A stretch of 64,000 nucleotides of DNA from Leucoraja ocellata (Eukaryota): assembly GCA_036785375.1 (NCBI GenBank), contig JAWMAR010000396.1, positions 1,116,001 through 1,180,000 on the forward strand, written 5' to 3'. The stretch's first letter is position 1; each line of letters begins with the position of its first letter. Positions 41,980-55,623 of this stretch are shown here, piece by piece. Under the pieces are notes generated by a model, which saw only the letters and a list, made by a program, of their open reading frames with translations, was not told the DNA's origin and did not search any database. The position numbers and the translations under genes were made by a program.

Positions 41980-44110
41980 CAGTGCCCTCCATAATGTTTG
42001 GGACGGACCCATCATTTATTTATTTACCTCTGTACTCCACAATTTGAGATTTGTAATAGAAAAAATTACATGTGGTTAAAGTGCACATTGTCAGATTTTA
42101 TTAAATGCCGAAATTATACCCGTGTTTATACATAGTCCCCCCCCATTTCAGGGCACCGTGATGTTTGGGACACATGGCTACACAGGTGTTTGTAATTGTA
42201 CAGGTGTGTTTAATTGCCTCTTTAATGCAGGCATAAGAGAGCTCTCAGCACCGAATCTTTCCTCCAGTCTTTCCATCACATTTTGAAACTTTTATTGCTG
42301 TTTATCAACATGAGGACCAAAGTTATGCCAATGTAGTCAAAGAAGCCATTATGAGACTGAGAAACATAGAAACATAAAAAATAGGTGCAGGAGTAGGCCA
42401 TTCGGCCCTTCAAACCTGCACTGCCATTCAATATGATCATGGCTGATCATCCAACTCGGTATCCTGTACCTGCCTTCTCTCCTTACCCCCTGATCCCTTT
42501 AGCCGCAAGGGCCACATCTAACTCCCTCGTAAATATAGCCAACAAACTGGCCTCAACTACCTTCTGTGGCAGAGAATTCCAGAGATTCACCACTCTCTGT
42601 GTGAAAAATGTTTTCCTCATCTCGGTCCTAAAATATTTCCCCCTTATCCTTAAACTGTGACCCCTTGTTCTGGACTTCCCCAACATCGGAAACAATCTTC
42701 CTGCATCTAGCCTGTCCAACCCCTTAAGAATTTTGTAACTTTCTATAAGATCCCCCCTCAACCTTCTAAATTCTAGCGAGTACAAACCGAGTCTATCTAG
42801 TCTTTCTTCATATGAAAGTCCTGACATCCCAGGAATCAGTCTGGTGAACCTTCTCTGTACTCCCTCTATGGCAGAAACTTACAAAAAACTGTTAGAGACA
42901 TCAGACAAACCTAAGACTTACCAAAATCAACTGTTTGGAACATCATTAAGAAGAAAGAGTGCACTGGTGAGCTTACTAATTGCAAAGGGACTGGCAGGCC
43001 AAGGAAGACCTCCACAGATGTCAGAAGAATTCTCTATAATAAAGAAAAATCCCCAAACACCTGGCCGAAAGATCGGAACCACTCTTCAAGAGTCAGGTGT
43101 GGATTTGTCAATGATCACTGTCCACAGAAGACTTCATGAACAGAAATACCAAGGAACGCTGCAAGATGCAAACCACTGATTAGCTAGAAAAATAGGATGG
43201 CCAGGTTACAGTTTTCCAAGAAGTACATAAAAAGCAACCACAGTTCTGGAAAACGGTCTTGTGGACAGGTGAGATGAAGATTAACATATCAGAGTGAAGG
43301 CAAGAGCAAAGTATGGAGGAGAGAAGAAACTGCCCAAGATCCAAAACATACCACCTAATCTGTGAAACATGGTGGTGGGGGTGTTATAGCCTGGGCATGT
43401 ATGGCTGCTGAAGGTACTGGCTCACTTATCTTCATTGATGATACAACTTCTGATGGTAGTAGCATAATGAATGCTGAAGTGTATAGACACATCCTATCTG
43501 CTCAAGTTCAAACAAATGCCTCAAAACTCATTGGCTGGTGGTTCATTCTACAATAAGACAATGATCCCAAACACACTGCTAAAACAACAAATGAGTTTTT
43601 CAACGTAAAAAATGGTCAATTCTTGAGTGGCTAAGTCAATCACCCCATCTGAACCCAATTTAGCATGCCTTTTATATGCTGAAGAGAAAACTGAAGGGGC
43701 CAATCCCCCCCCAATACAAGCATAAGCTAAAGATGGCTGCAATACAGGCCTGGCAGAGCATCACCAGAGAAGACACCCAGCAACTGGTGATATCCATGAA
43801 TCGCAGACTTCAAGCAGTCATTGCACGCAAAGGATATGCAACAAAATACTAAACATGACTACTTTCATTTATATGACATTGCTGTGTCCCAAACATTATG
43901 ATGCCCTGAAATGGGGGGGGACTATGTGTCAACACTGCTGTAATTTCTACATGGTGAAACTGAAATGTGTAAAAATGGCTTATATTAAAATTTGACAATG
44001 TGCACTTTAACCATATGATTTTTTTTTTCTCTTACAAATCCCAAATTGTGGAGTGCAGAGGCAAATAAATAAATGACTGGCCTTTGTCCCAAACATTATG
44101 GAGGGCACTG
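41980..44110 (+). mobile_element. Near-full-length Tc1-like transposon (long IR/DR-type TIRs), transposase pseudogene interrupted by a CR1
   Basis: TA|cagtgccctccataatgtttggga ... tcccaaacattatggagggcactg|TA; transposase remnants from ATG at about 42310 through VKHGGGG, QDNDPKH and SPHLNPI with stops and frameshifts. Confidence 0.95.
42366..42872 (-). mobile_element. 5'-truncated CR1 LINE nested in the Tc1 element
   Basis: ORF 42483..42827 MSGLSYEERLDRLGLYSLEFRRLRGDLIE...FFTQRVVNLWNSLP is the CR1 ORF2 C-terminus; tail at about 42361; agaaac on both sides. Confidence 0.93.
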
Positions 44111-46983
44111 TATGTATTTTCCACTTTTCACGTCCACATTTGCCTAGATGCATTCCATTCAGACCTGATGACTTAAATCTTTTCTTGTACCGTTCTTTTT
44201 CAAATGCTATCATCCAATAATGACAATTTCCAGTTACTGTGACTTTGGATGCTGTATCTCCATTGGCAACTGGAGATGCCAAGTACTCAGTTAGTACATC
44301 TGCCATAAACCTTTCCCTGTAGTTGATGGTGTGTGTACACAGTATTTATTGAATATGGAAGCTGGGAAGGTGGAATGTGAGGACTGCCAAAGATCTTTCC
44401 CACCTGTGGATGGGAGAAGAGTTGGTGAGCAGAACTGTGTAAGTGGTTCAGATGCAATAAAAGACCCCTATCAAATGTAATGGAGAGGATGCCATGGATA
44501 AAAATAAAAAAAATAATAAAAATCTTAGAGCACTGGTGTGGGAAATCTCACCAAAACAAGTAGGGAAGCTGACTGGTGGAGGTGTGATCAAAATAGCTGT
44601 GGAAGCCTGTTGATTTGTAATGCATATTAGTTACTAACCTACCCCTTGAGATAGCAAAAAAAAGGTGTAGAAAAAGGGAAGGATCAGAGATATGAGAATT
44701 GCCCCTTGGTAATATCTGTGCGTTATAAGTGCCCAGTTTGTCTGTGTATAACTGACATATCTTTTGCTCCATTTCAAGTAATGACATCGGATAAAAATAT
44801 TTTTAAACTGCATTTCGTCGCAGCAAATATCACTTATTAAAATGTCATCTCAACTTGCTTTCAATATATGTTAAAAGTAATTCCACCTTGACTTTAAATA
44901 TCATTTGTTTTAAAAAAAATTAAAAGCTTTAAAATTTACATCAGCTGTTCACATAGAGAGGTCAATTAATCATTATCTTGGAACTGTTCCTCAATTCTAC
45001 AAAGCCTAACTTAATTTCCCCTTAGTAGTCTTGTCTCATGGATTAAATTACAGTTTTATTAATGTAAAGCTCAGCCAAATCATTGAGCCTTGTTTTTGTT
45101 GACATCTACTTGCAAAGGACTGCTTACACCATGGGCTAAGCAATGGGGCAATATAGTGGCTTTTAAAATTACAATGCAACCCCGGCATATGACTAATTGC
45201 CTTCTATTGGTGCACCATTCATGGTTGCCCTTCCAACTGCAAAATTAACCACAAATATCTACCATGCATTTTTCCCTTGCTTTCTAATTCTTCCATTTCT
45301 ATTCAATACATTTTTCTCTGCCACCAAAGGGTAAAAGTGCTGCATGCTGTTAATTAAATGATTTATTAGCTCCAAATTAGGAGTAAAGATAGTGAAAATG
45401 TTTAACTAATTTGTGTTCTCAACAACAGTTGTAAATGTTGCAGAGCAGTTTACACTTTTCTGGTAGTGAATCGGATTGTTTTGAAATCAGAAAGTTCTGG
45501 GTCCAAGTCCATCCACTGGAATTTAATCAAGGCAGGTTCTCCAGTGCAGTACTGAGATAATCTTCTGTTGGGAATGCCATCTTTCAGATGAATTGTTATA
45601 CCCAAGAATCAATCTGCGCTCAAATGGATATTAAAAGTTCTTTACTCAAAGAAGAACAGGGGAGATAATTCTGACCAATGTTTCTACCTCAATAACTTCC
45701 CTAAAGCTGATTGACACCGCTCAATGTGGGGAATGGCTGGAGAGGGGTGTGGTGTGCAAATTGGTTCATGCACTTTCTTCATTCAAAAGTAATTAATTGA
45801 CTATAGGAACATGAAAGATGCGGTCAAAATTAAGTTGTTTAATTTTGTTAAATTGAATGTCAAAATGATTTTGGTAGTGGTTGGTAAGGAAAGTATAAAT
45901 TCAGAGGAAAATTATAGTGCCTTTCAAGGTGGTGAGAAATACACAACACTCTGCCACTAGTTGTAGAGCATCAAGTGCAGATGAACACTGGGTAGCAAGT
46001 GGTCTGGGTACAGATGACAGCAGAAAATGGAAAAGTTGGATAGCATGGAATGAAATCAAGGAAATTAACTGAAGGATTGAGACCAATGGAAATCGTCTAA
46101 AACTGCAATGACAAATGATGTGATTACTTGTCGATACTCCAATTCTGCAGGGATTGGAGCTTTGTAGATGCTGGAGCTTGGGTAGCCAGGGAGGATGGTG
46201 CTGGAAACACTAACGTCGGGTTGGAAGCCCTTGATTTATAGAAATCAAAGAATAAATGTGCAGGTCATGGTAGGAATTAGGCCACCAGTATTTTGCATGT
46301 TTGAACATAATCAAATGTAGAATTCCTGGTGTGAGTAGATCAGTTAGTGCTGTTGCTATTATTTAGATTTAGTAAAGGTATTAATTGCTTTGCAGTGTTT
46401 GAAAAGGGCAGTAAAATCACATGGAGGCAATGGTGAAAGCAGAAAACTAACACTATTTTGTCAGAGGTCTGTGCTACGCTCGCAGATTCTCTGGTTTGGA
46501 GCCGACTAGGCAAGGACCTCAAACATGAAGTGAGATTTATAAATTATGTTTCCTAAATCTAGTATGGAGCAAACTGATTTTTCACAATAGACCATTCATT
46601 CTGTTTAAATGGAGCATCTGCGATACTTCTTGTGCCTCTAACTTTAAATAACTGCCGGATGGATGAGTCAGGACCTCTTTCCGACTGATTTCAAAGTAAA
46701 TTTTTAGTGAATAATTCCGTTACCTACTTAACGAAGAGTTCAGTGAACTTGGTTAGATTTTGTGGAGTGGTTATATGTTGGTGTAAGATAGGGTCAACAT
46801 TTTCAGAACCAAGTTATCGCATGTTGCTTTGCTGTAAACATCTACATTGTTGAGAGGAAGTGTATTTGCTTACTGAGCTGAGTACGAAGATGGGCTACAC
46901 ATATTGTGCATTAGTTGAGTGCATTGTTAATATAACGGGGCTGTCTGCTGCTGGGGTTAAAGTAGTTTACTCACGTGCAAAGG

Positions 46984-47240
46984 ATAGAAACATAGAAAAT
47001 ATGTGTAGGAGGAGGCCATTCGGCCCTTCGAGCCAGCACCGCCATTCATTGTGATCATGGCTGATCGTCCCCTATCAATAACCCGTGCCTGCCTTCTCCC
47101 CATTTCCCTTGACTCCACTAGCCCCTAGAGCTCTATCTAACTCTCTCTTAAATCCATCCAGTGATTTGGCCTCCACTGCCCTCTGTGGCAGGAAATTCCA
47201 TCAATTCACAACTCTGGGTGAAAAAGTTTTTTCTCACCTT
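46984..47240 (-). mobile_element. CR1 LINE 3' fragment
   Basis: tagaaacatagaaa tail plus aggaggccattcggcccttcgagccagcaccgcc; ends about 150 nt upstream of exon 8. Confidence 0.85.
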
Positions 47241-47362
47241 GAGTTGTTTTGGGGTGAACAAGTGACTTGCTAAGAATTGGTTGATTTCTGTCCATGCAGA
47301 TTGATGAGCGAGTTCAAAATGCAATTTAATGAGAAGATTGTGGAATAGTTTATTCTGAATAA

Positions 47363-47518
<156 letters not shown>

Positions 47519-48954
47519 TAAGTCATGATGTTTCAATGTGGACAATATCTACAGTATTTGTGTACCCTGGACTACTTAAACTGATGGGATTAATTTACTT
47601 AAACTAACACAGAGAAAGTAATTTCACTTGACAGTAATTTCAAATCTTAATTTCATGGAGTCTCAGCTAGCCAAGATAAAATAAAGACAAAAGAAAATAA
47701 CTATTCTCTGTAATGGATTCTGCACTGCCAAGCTGTGACCTATTGTGGTCAGAGGCCAAAGCACTTCTTGTTGATTGGTTTTAATGGGTGGACCAGAGTT
47801 GCTGTAATCCTCATTTGAAAGGGAAAGTTTCAAATCAGTCATGATCAGTCTAAGTGCTAAAGGAGCTCATGAATACCTGTAATCACAAACTGCTGCCAAG
47901 ATATAGCCACTCACTTACGCATTTTGTATCTCTTCCCTGGGGAGCAAGGATAAAAAGTATTCTAAATTAGCAACATCCACTACTAAATTGTGTTCTTTAC
48001 GATGGCAATAATTCTAAAATAACTCGGATATTAATAGGGAGCTAGATATGATGCCTCAAGAGACTGCAGATGCAGCAGCAAAAGTGAACTGGTGGAGTAA
48101 CTCGGGTAGCATGGAGGGAAATGGATGGATGACGTTTTGTGTCATCTGGGCACTTCTGTTCCCCCTGCAGATTTTTTTTTTGCAATATACGGTGTTGTTG
48201 GGTCCAGCATTTTATATAATAAATAATATACATAATATTATTTATGAGCAAAAAAAAATGTGCAGGTGGAGGTTAGGTTGCATCTGTGGAGGGAAATGGA
48301 CAGATGACATTTCAGGTCAGGACTCTTCTCCAATAGAAGAAATGTCATGTATTTCCCCGTCACAGATGTTGCTTGACCTGCTGATTTCCTCCAGCAGTTT
48401 GCTTTTTTTGCTCACGATTTCAGCGTCTGCTATCTCTTAGGTTTCTATTTTACTTATACATGGCTGCAGGTAAAAGAACAAAATGAGTGGCGAGGTCAGC
48501 TATATCTTTTCAAATGTTGAACTTAGTGCAGTGCACTATATTTTCTAAATAGGGTCTAACAAAATTTACTGGGATTAATTTTAAATAATCTTGTAGTTTT
48601 GAGCACAGTTTAAAGGACATCAGACATGACACGATTCCTCAGCATGATAACCTTATAGGGGGAGAGTTGAGATGATGGCACATGTAAAAAAATGAGAGAG
48701 GAGATTTAATAGTACTTTGTTTACATTTTGGAATTCCATAAAGTGGGAAAGTATTCTTTCTTGATGTTGCAGAAAGCAACGTAAACATATCAGGCATTGA
48801 GAAAAGACATTAGGCAAAATTTCTGGATGTTGAAGTGTAGAATGCTTTTATTGACAGAGTCTAATTTGGTTAGGGCAAAGTAATCATATTCAACAATTAG
48901 ACATGTGTTAGAAGCCAGGAAGATTGTAAGCAGGACAATGAGATTATTTTATGA

Positions 48955-49167
<213 letters not shown>

Positions 49168-49937
49168 TAGTCATTGCCATTTCCAAGATCTCAGGACAGT
49201 ATGCACATATCCTTGGATTGCAGTCAGGCAACAATCGTAAAATCTCAATCTAGAATTCTGTCAGTTCTCAAGGATGCAACAAGCATTTTGGTGCATTTGT
49301 CCAGATCCATGGGCATCTGAACAAAGTCAAATGTCCTTCCAAGACAATTTAGATTAGATAATTATGCACACCATTCTGCTTTTTAAGAAAGATGAGAGAG
49401 GAAATCATTATATTGAAAATCTTAAATATTCTTTTGTGAAATTACCAGTTGTTAAGAGAGCCCAAGCATGGTATTTCAAAGAACAAATTTTGTCTATTAA
49501 AATTTAGCCACGGCTATTTTGAAGGGGGCATCAATCAGGTGAATGAACACAGCGTTTTTAAGAGGAGAGGGAAGTCTAAACGTAAAATGCTTCTCCCCCC
49601 CACCCCACCACTAGTTTGTCCATCCCTATTACTAAGCTTTACTCTTCACCCCTGTATGTACACTGAAATCAGAAACAGACAGACTAATTCCAAAAATTAG
49701 TAAGATAGTTATGAATATTGTTCCAGTATCTGTGCAGATGTAAACTTTCCTCTTTGTGCTTTTTCTCGATACTTGGAAGCTGGGCTCAAGACAGTGGCAA
49801 AGATAGGAATAGTCTCCAGGGCACTGGAACCAATGCTGAGGCACCCATGGAATTAATAAATCCCTGAAAGCTCCTTTCCATTGTCAGAAAGCCTGTGAAT
49901 TTCCCATGATAATCTGTTAATGCTTAATGGTGACGAC

Positions 49938-51979
49938 GAGAGCCAGGATTTTGCCATAAATGCCTTTTCATGCCTTTTTTGATGATTTCACCAAGATAAT
50001 GAGTGCCTAAATCAGCCTTTTTTTGCCATTTTGCTAAAAGGTCGTGCTATTTTCTCTAGTTGTACCGTGATTACAATGATGTTTTCTATATTAACACTTT
50101 AATATTAATAGGTTATTATTAACGTGTTAACATAGTATAACTTACAAGAAAAATTCCACCACCGGGGCAAAACCTAGTGCGCCACCATTGGTCGTTCATT
50201 CGTTTGTGCCGCTGCCCACAGGTTCAGCCTTCTCCAAGATCAATTTAAGAAAGAACTGCAGATGTTGGAAAAATCGAAGGTAGACAAAAAATGCTGGAGA
50301 AACTCAGCGGGTGAGGCAGCATCTATGGAGATAAGGAATAGGCGACATTTTCGGTCGGGACCATTCTTCAGACTGATGTGAGGGGGGCAGGAAAAAGAAA
50401 GAAAGAGGCTGAGTCAGTAGGACTAGAAGGAGAGCTGGGAAGGGTGAGGGGGAGGAGGGAGAAGACAAGGGCTATCTAAAATTAGAGAAGTCAATGTTGG
50501 GGTGTAGATTACCCAAGCAAAATACCAAGCTTGTCTCCTCACTACATTTACTGCTGGCTCCAGTCACAAATCTGAGTTTTTGAGTGATCTGTGCAAGGCA
50601 TTCATCGATGCTGGAAATCCACTGTGGAAATTGGAAAACAAATCTCTGAGGTTTTTTAGAGAAATACACAGAGGAACATGTACTGAGCGATTCATTACGG
50701 AAAAATGATGATGACAGCAACTTCAACATTGTTGTGCAGAATATTAGAGATGAAGTTGCTTGCAACAAAATATGGATCTCCTGATGAGACAACCAATGCT
50801 GTGGGGAGATATATTGCCAATGTGGTCATCGGTACACTGGAGGCAGGTCAACCATCAAAGAAGTATTTGTTGACATCGGAAGTATTGGAGGAGTCAAACA
50901 GCTCCACTATTGCTCAGTTGTTTACATCTTCACTTGCTATACTTTGGCCAGAAGGTATAAAACACGAAAATGTTCTTCTGTTTGTGACTGATACAGCTCC
51001 GTACATGAAAAAAGCTGCTCGTGCTCTTAAAGTTTTATTCCCCAAAATGTTGCATTTGACATGCTTAGCGCAAGGACTTAATGGAATTGCCAAGCACATA
51101 CGTAGCTTGTTTCCAAATGTCGATCGCCTAGTTTCCAATGTCAAGAAAATCTTCCTCAAAGCACTGTCACTTGTGCAGTTGTTCAAGGAAATGGCACCCG
51201 AGATTCCGCTACCTCCTCAGCCCGTTTTGACTAGATGGGGTACATGGCTTTCTGCTGTACTCTACTATGCTACAAATTTTGAAAACATTAAAAATAAATA
51301 GTCAATTGTTTTGAAGAAGAAGAATCTGCTGCAGTCAGGATCGTTGGTGAAATCATGCAGAAAAAGTCCCTCCACCGTAATCTTGTGTTTATTGCTTCCA
51401 ATTTTGCAAACTTCCCACAAACTACCACTTCCCTTGAGAAACGTAGTGAAACATTAGTGAATAACTTGCAGGTTTTCAACAAAGTAACTGATAAAATATC
51501 TGTAAAATTCCTGGCGATGTAGGTAAAGACATACAAGGAAAATGTGAGAGAGTGATTTTAGCTAACAAAGATCTTGAAGAAATACAAAACATAGCTAAAG
51601 TTCTCAAAGGTAGTTGTAATGCACAAGATATTGACATGAATATAGATTTGGTTGCTTGTTTCGTGTATGCACCAGTGATTTCAGCTGAGGTAGAAAGAAG
51701 TTTTTCACAACTGAAGCATATTCTGTCTGACTGGTGGCATAGTTTAACATCAGATTCTTTGGAAAAAAATGTTAGTAAATATGTGCAACCAGGCAACTTT
51801 GGTCATTTAATGTAGAATACCTATTATCATTTTTAACCATATTTTGATGGTGGAAATACATGCCTTTTTATGCCTTTTTTTTGTCATTAAATGCCTTTTT
51901 CGTGCCTTTTTTGTAATTTTATTATGCCTTTTTGCCTGCCTATTTCAGAGTTTTTTAGCGCCTAATCATCCTGGCTCTA
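49938..51979 (+). mobile_element. hAT DNA transposon with decayed transposase (DUF659/CGGBP1-related type by motif recall)
   Basis: TIRs agagccaggat / atcctggctct; 8-bp TSD gtgacgac / gtgatgac; ORF remnants DETT, VTDTAPYM, TCLA, TRWGTW and SAEVERSFS; subterminal atgccttt arrays. Confidence 0.9.
50245..50530 (-). mobile_element. Penelope-like fragment inserted in the hAT element
   Basis: gaactgcagatg...atgctggagaaactcagcgggtgaggcagcatc terminal block and purine-rich tract, homologous to the 62.5-kb copy. Confidence 0.75.
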
Positions 51980-52192
51980 GTGATGACTAATACCAGATTA
52001 GACCATTGTACTTAAAACTAATACATTTACTTGTAAAACAAAGTTTTACAGTTTCTGAAAATCTGAAATAAAATAGAAACTTGAGCTGTACCATTTCTGA
52101 CAATAATTTAAAAAAATAAGACAATTTGTTGTTGATGTGGAACCCCAACTGAATAAATATGACCTGTTTAGCCACCCATAGGTGGCTAATGT

Positions 52193-52330
52193 GTAGAACT
52201 GAAGATGCTGGTTTAAATCAAAGGTAGACACTAAATGCTGGAGTAACTAAGCAGGACAGGCAGCATCTCTGGAGAGAAGGAATGGGTGATGATGCCTGTC
52301 CTGCTGAGTTACTCCAGCTTTTTGTGACTG
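52193..52330. mobile_element. Palindromic Penelope-derived mini-element with 17-bp TSD
   Basis: Flanked by the direct repeat ccataggtggctaatgt (52176-52192 and 52331-52347); internal arms gctggagtaact..gcaggacaggca / tgcctgtcctgctgagttactccagc. Confidence 0.8.
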
Positions 52331-52526
52331 CCATAGGTGGCTAATGTTGTACTGTCATTTAAGAAGGGCAGCAAGGACAAGCCAGGGAACTACAGACTTG
52401 TGAGCTTGCTGTTAATGGTGGGAAAGTTATTGGAGGGAATTCTTAAGCGTGGATTAATTAGGAATAGTCAGCAATACTTTTTGCTTAGAAAATGTTTACA
52501 GTACAGTCAAACATATTACAAAGTGA

Positions 52527-52652
<126 letters not shown>

Positions 52653-52814
52653 TGAGTAAAATACCGTCTGATTGTTTTTGTCCTTCTGACTTTATGGATA
52701 AGAAAGGTTTGGAGAATAAAGGCCAAGCATGGGCAAACAACTATCAAACCTAGTCAGCATAGACACGTTTGGCCAAAAGGGCTTGTTTCCATGCTGTCTG
52801 ACTTTGACTTGTTT

Positions 52815-53846
52815 TAGCGATGTTACAATACTCACCTTCAGTGGCGCTGCAGTTCTGCCACTGGCCATGTGCGTGACTTTGAGGGGGGGGGGGGGGGCGG
52901 GGCGGGATTAAAATGCCAATTTCTCCTGCCTGTCGGAGTCAAACTTTCTCAAGCTGTTCAGCTGCTGCAGAAAAATCGTTCCGACTTCCGTTCTCGGGTG
53001 GTTTTTTAAAAATCGCGGGACAATTTAATCCCTGGAGTAGAATAAAAAGCTACTTCTTACGCCGTCATCACCTACAATGGGACAGATCTCATGTAGGGGA
53101 TAAGGTAAGTCGTGTATTTTACACATAAACTTGCTTCTTAGGATGACTTTAATCAAAATTTCATTGGCGAAAATGTGATTTTGGCCCCATACGAACCGGC
53201 AGTGTTTTTCCTGCCGATATGGGGTTCAAATTCACTGCAACCACAACGTTCCAATTGATCGCGTTCCACAGAAACCCACTTGTAAGATGATTAAGATGCC
53301 CCTTAATTTACGGGAATTAAACATTAAATTCCTTCCATTTGGCCTATAAATTCATGACAATGAGATTTTAAAATCATGTTATATTGTGAATTCTTGTGTG
53401 AATGTTATTTGGACACTTAGGCTATTGAAAAATGTTAACCTTTTCTTAACAAATTGTTTTTAAGATGTAGTAATTGAATTTTGTAATTTGCTACAATTAG
53501 GTAACTAACTAATTATATGCTTTAATTTCAGATCATCCAAGTAAGATTGTTTCATATTTGTTTCAGAATGCTTCAATCTATAATAACTGAAAATTTCATT
53601 CAGTTCTCTTAATTTGTAAGAAAGTTATGGGATTTAGACTGTCCTCAATCACAGCTTTTGAGTTAAGTCAATGGAAAAGCAATAGGGAAACAAGATGCTA
53701 ATTTTAGAATATGAAAATGGCCATAACCTTTTTAATACTGAAGATATGAAAGTGAATTAGGTGTCAAATTAAACTTTTTATGCTTTATCTGATGGGATAA
53801 ATTGCAGACTTGATTTTTAAAATCTCAAAATGTTGTAACATTGCTA
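52815..53846. mobile_element. Non-autonomous cut-and-paste DNA transposon (~1 kb), superfamily uncertain
   Basis: TIRs tagcgatgttacaa / ttgtaacattgcta; flanking direct repeat cttgttt on both sides. Confidence 0.8.
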
Positions 53847-54043
53847 CTTGTTTGGTGAAAAAACAGGCCCATGTATAATTTTTCCAGCCGGCATCTGAAT
53901 ATTTTGTAGCCATTTTCTCATCAACCTGCGAGAAGACAAAATCTAATCTTACAGTCAACGTCTTTTCAGTTCGTGTTTTGTGCAAGGCTTAATGAAGACC
54001 TTTTTTTAATGCTTAATGGTGTATGTTCTACCATTGTATTTGA

Positions 54044-54208
<165 letters not shown>

Positions 54209-54829
54209 TAAAAACATCAGGGAATCTCATGATACTGATGTAATCCACTGCTTAATAACTTGCTAATAAGTTGTTGACTGACCATTGAATAGTTTGACTA
54301 AGAAAAATAAAACATGCTAGAAATACTTAGAAGGTCAGGCAGAATTAAAGATTGTTTATTTTCAAAAGATCGAAAACCTTTGTAATTTGTGGTCCTCCGT
54401 CAGCATGCTAATAGCCACAAATTGGTTAATCCACAAAAGGACACAAATCTCTACAATGTTTTCTTCCAAGGTACCCTTGCCTGCATGGTTCGTCCAATCA
54501 ATCTATAGATTAAATCCTCCCATGACAATTTCAGTTCCTTTCAAACATAACTTCTTTCTCCTGCTATCAACGTCTATCTCCATGCAAATGCTACACACGT
54601 CAAGTTTTGGTATTTTACAGTTTTTTACTAACTTTGGCTTTGCTCTGTGCTGCATATTTTCTGCCTGTATCCAGCCTGTCACACTTTGCTTGTCAATAAT
54701 CTCCTCATTCTCCCATGCCACTGCCCTCTCATTTTCTCTTATAAAACATCCCTGTTCCTGAGCTATTGCAAGGCCCACTGCCCACTCTCCTATTTATTTT
54801 AAATCTCTTACCTACATGTTTTCAGGAAA

Positions 54830-55195
54830 CGGGGTGGTTTACACACCCCAGTTAGCATCAACATTGCTGAAGCATAGATGATTGAGAGCTTCAAGTTCCT
54901 GAGCATAAATATCACCAATAATGTACCCCAATCCAATCATTTACTTTACATCCAAAAAGCCTTTATTTCCTCAAACTACTGAGAAAATTCGGCTTGTCTC
55001 CAACAACGCTTATCAATTTCTATTGAAGCCATCCTATTGGTTTGAAACTGCTCTGCCTAAGACCGTAAGAAATTGCAGATAATTATAGATGCAGCCCAGT
55101 CCATCACGCAAACTAGCCTCACCGTCTACTCCATCTACAGTTCATGCTGCCTTGGAAAAATTGCCAACATAATCAAGGACTATTAACACCTAGAC
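54830..55195 (+). mobile_element. Decayed Rex1/Babar-like LINE fragment
   Basis: ESFKFL and LYFLKLLRKFG remnants with frameshifts. Confidence 0.6.
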
Positions 55196-55525
55196 TATTA
55201 ACATCCAAACCAAATTGCTGGTGGCTTGGATAATAATCCATTGTTTATCACCCTTGTGGTTCTACTTTTCAATTTTGCCCTAAGCTACTCATAATCACTC
55301 ATCAGAACCTCGTTATTTGTCCTACCTAAGGCATTCGTGCCTACAACATCCATGCAATTGAATCCATCCCCTACCACTCCAACAACCTCTCCAGCCCCAA
55401 ACTGATGTCCTTAACCTTTGTGCCCGGCAGGCAATACAACCTTGGGTACTTTCTGTCTTTGCAGCAGAGGACAGTGTCCATTCCCCTAACTCTGCTATTC
55501 TCTGTAACTTTACTTTCATTGGCAG

Positions 55526-55623
55526 TAAATTCTGGACGCGAAACAGACCTGGAGATAAAATGAGAGATCGCTATAATCTCAACTTGCTTCCAGGAATGTC
55601 AGACGAAGCTGTAGGAGAGTATG
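55526..55623 (+). CDS. WDR33: WDR33 exon 12, KFWTRNRPGDKMRDRYNLNLLPGMSDEAVGEY(D)
   Basis: ggcag|T ... TATG|gtaaga; 98 nt, phase 2-1; includes the conserved FWTRNRPGD motif at the end of the WD40 domain. Confidence 0.96.

Noticed and set aside
50705-51301. 198-aa transposase ORF as a domesticated gene
   Set aside because: Flanked by frameshifts and stops, retains TIRs and TSD, and the N-terminus is disrupted; a decaying TE.
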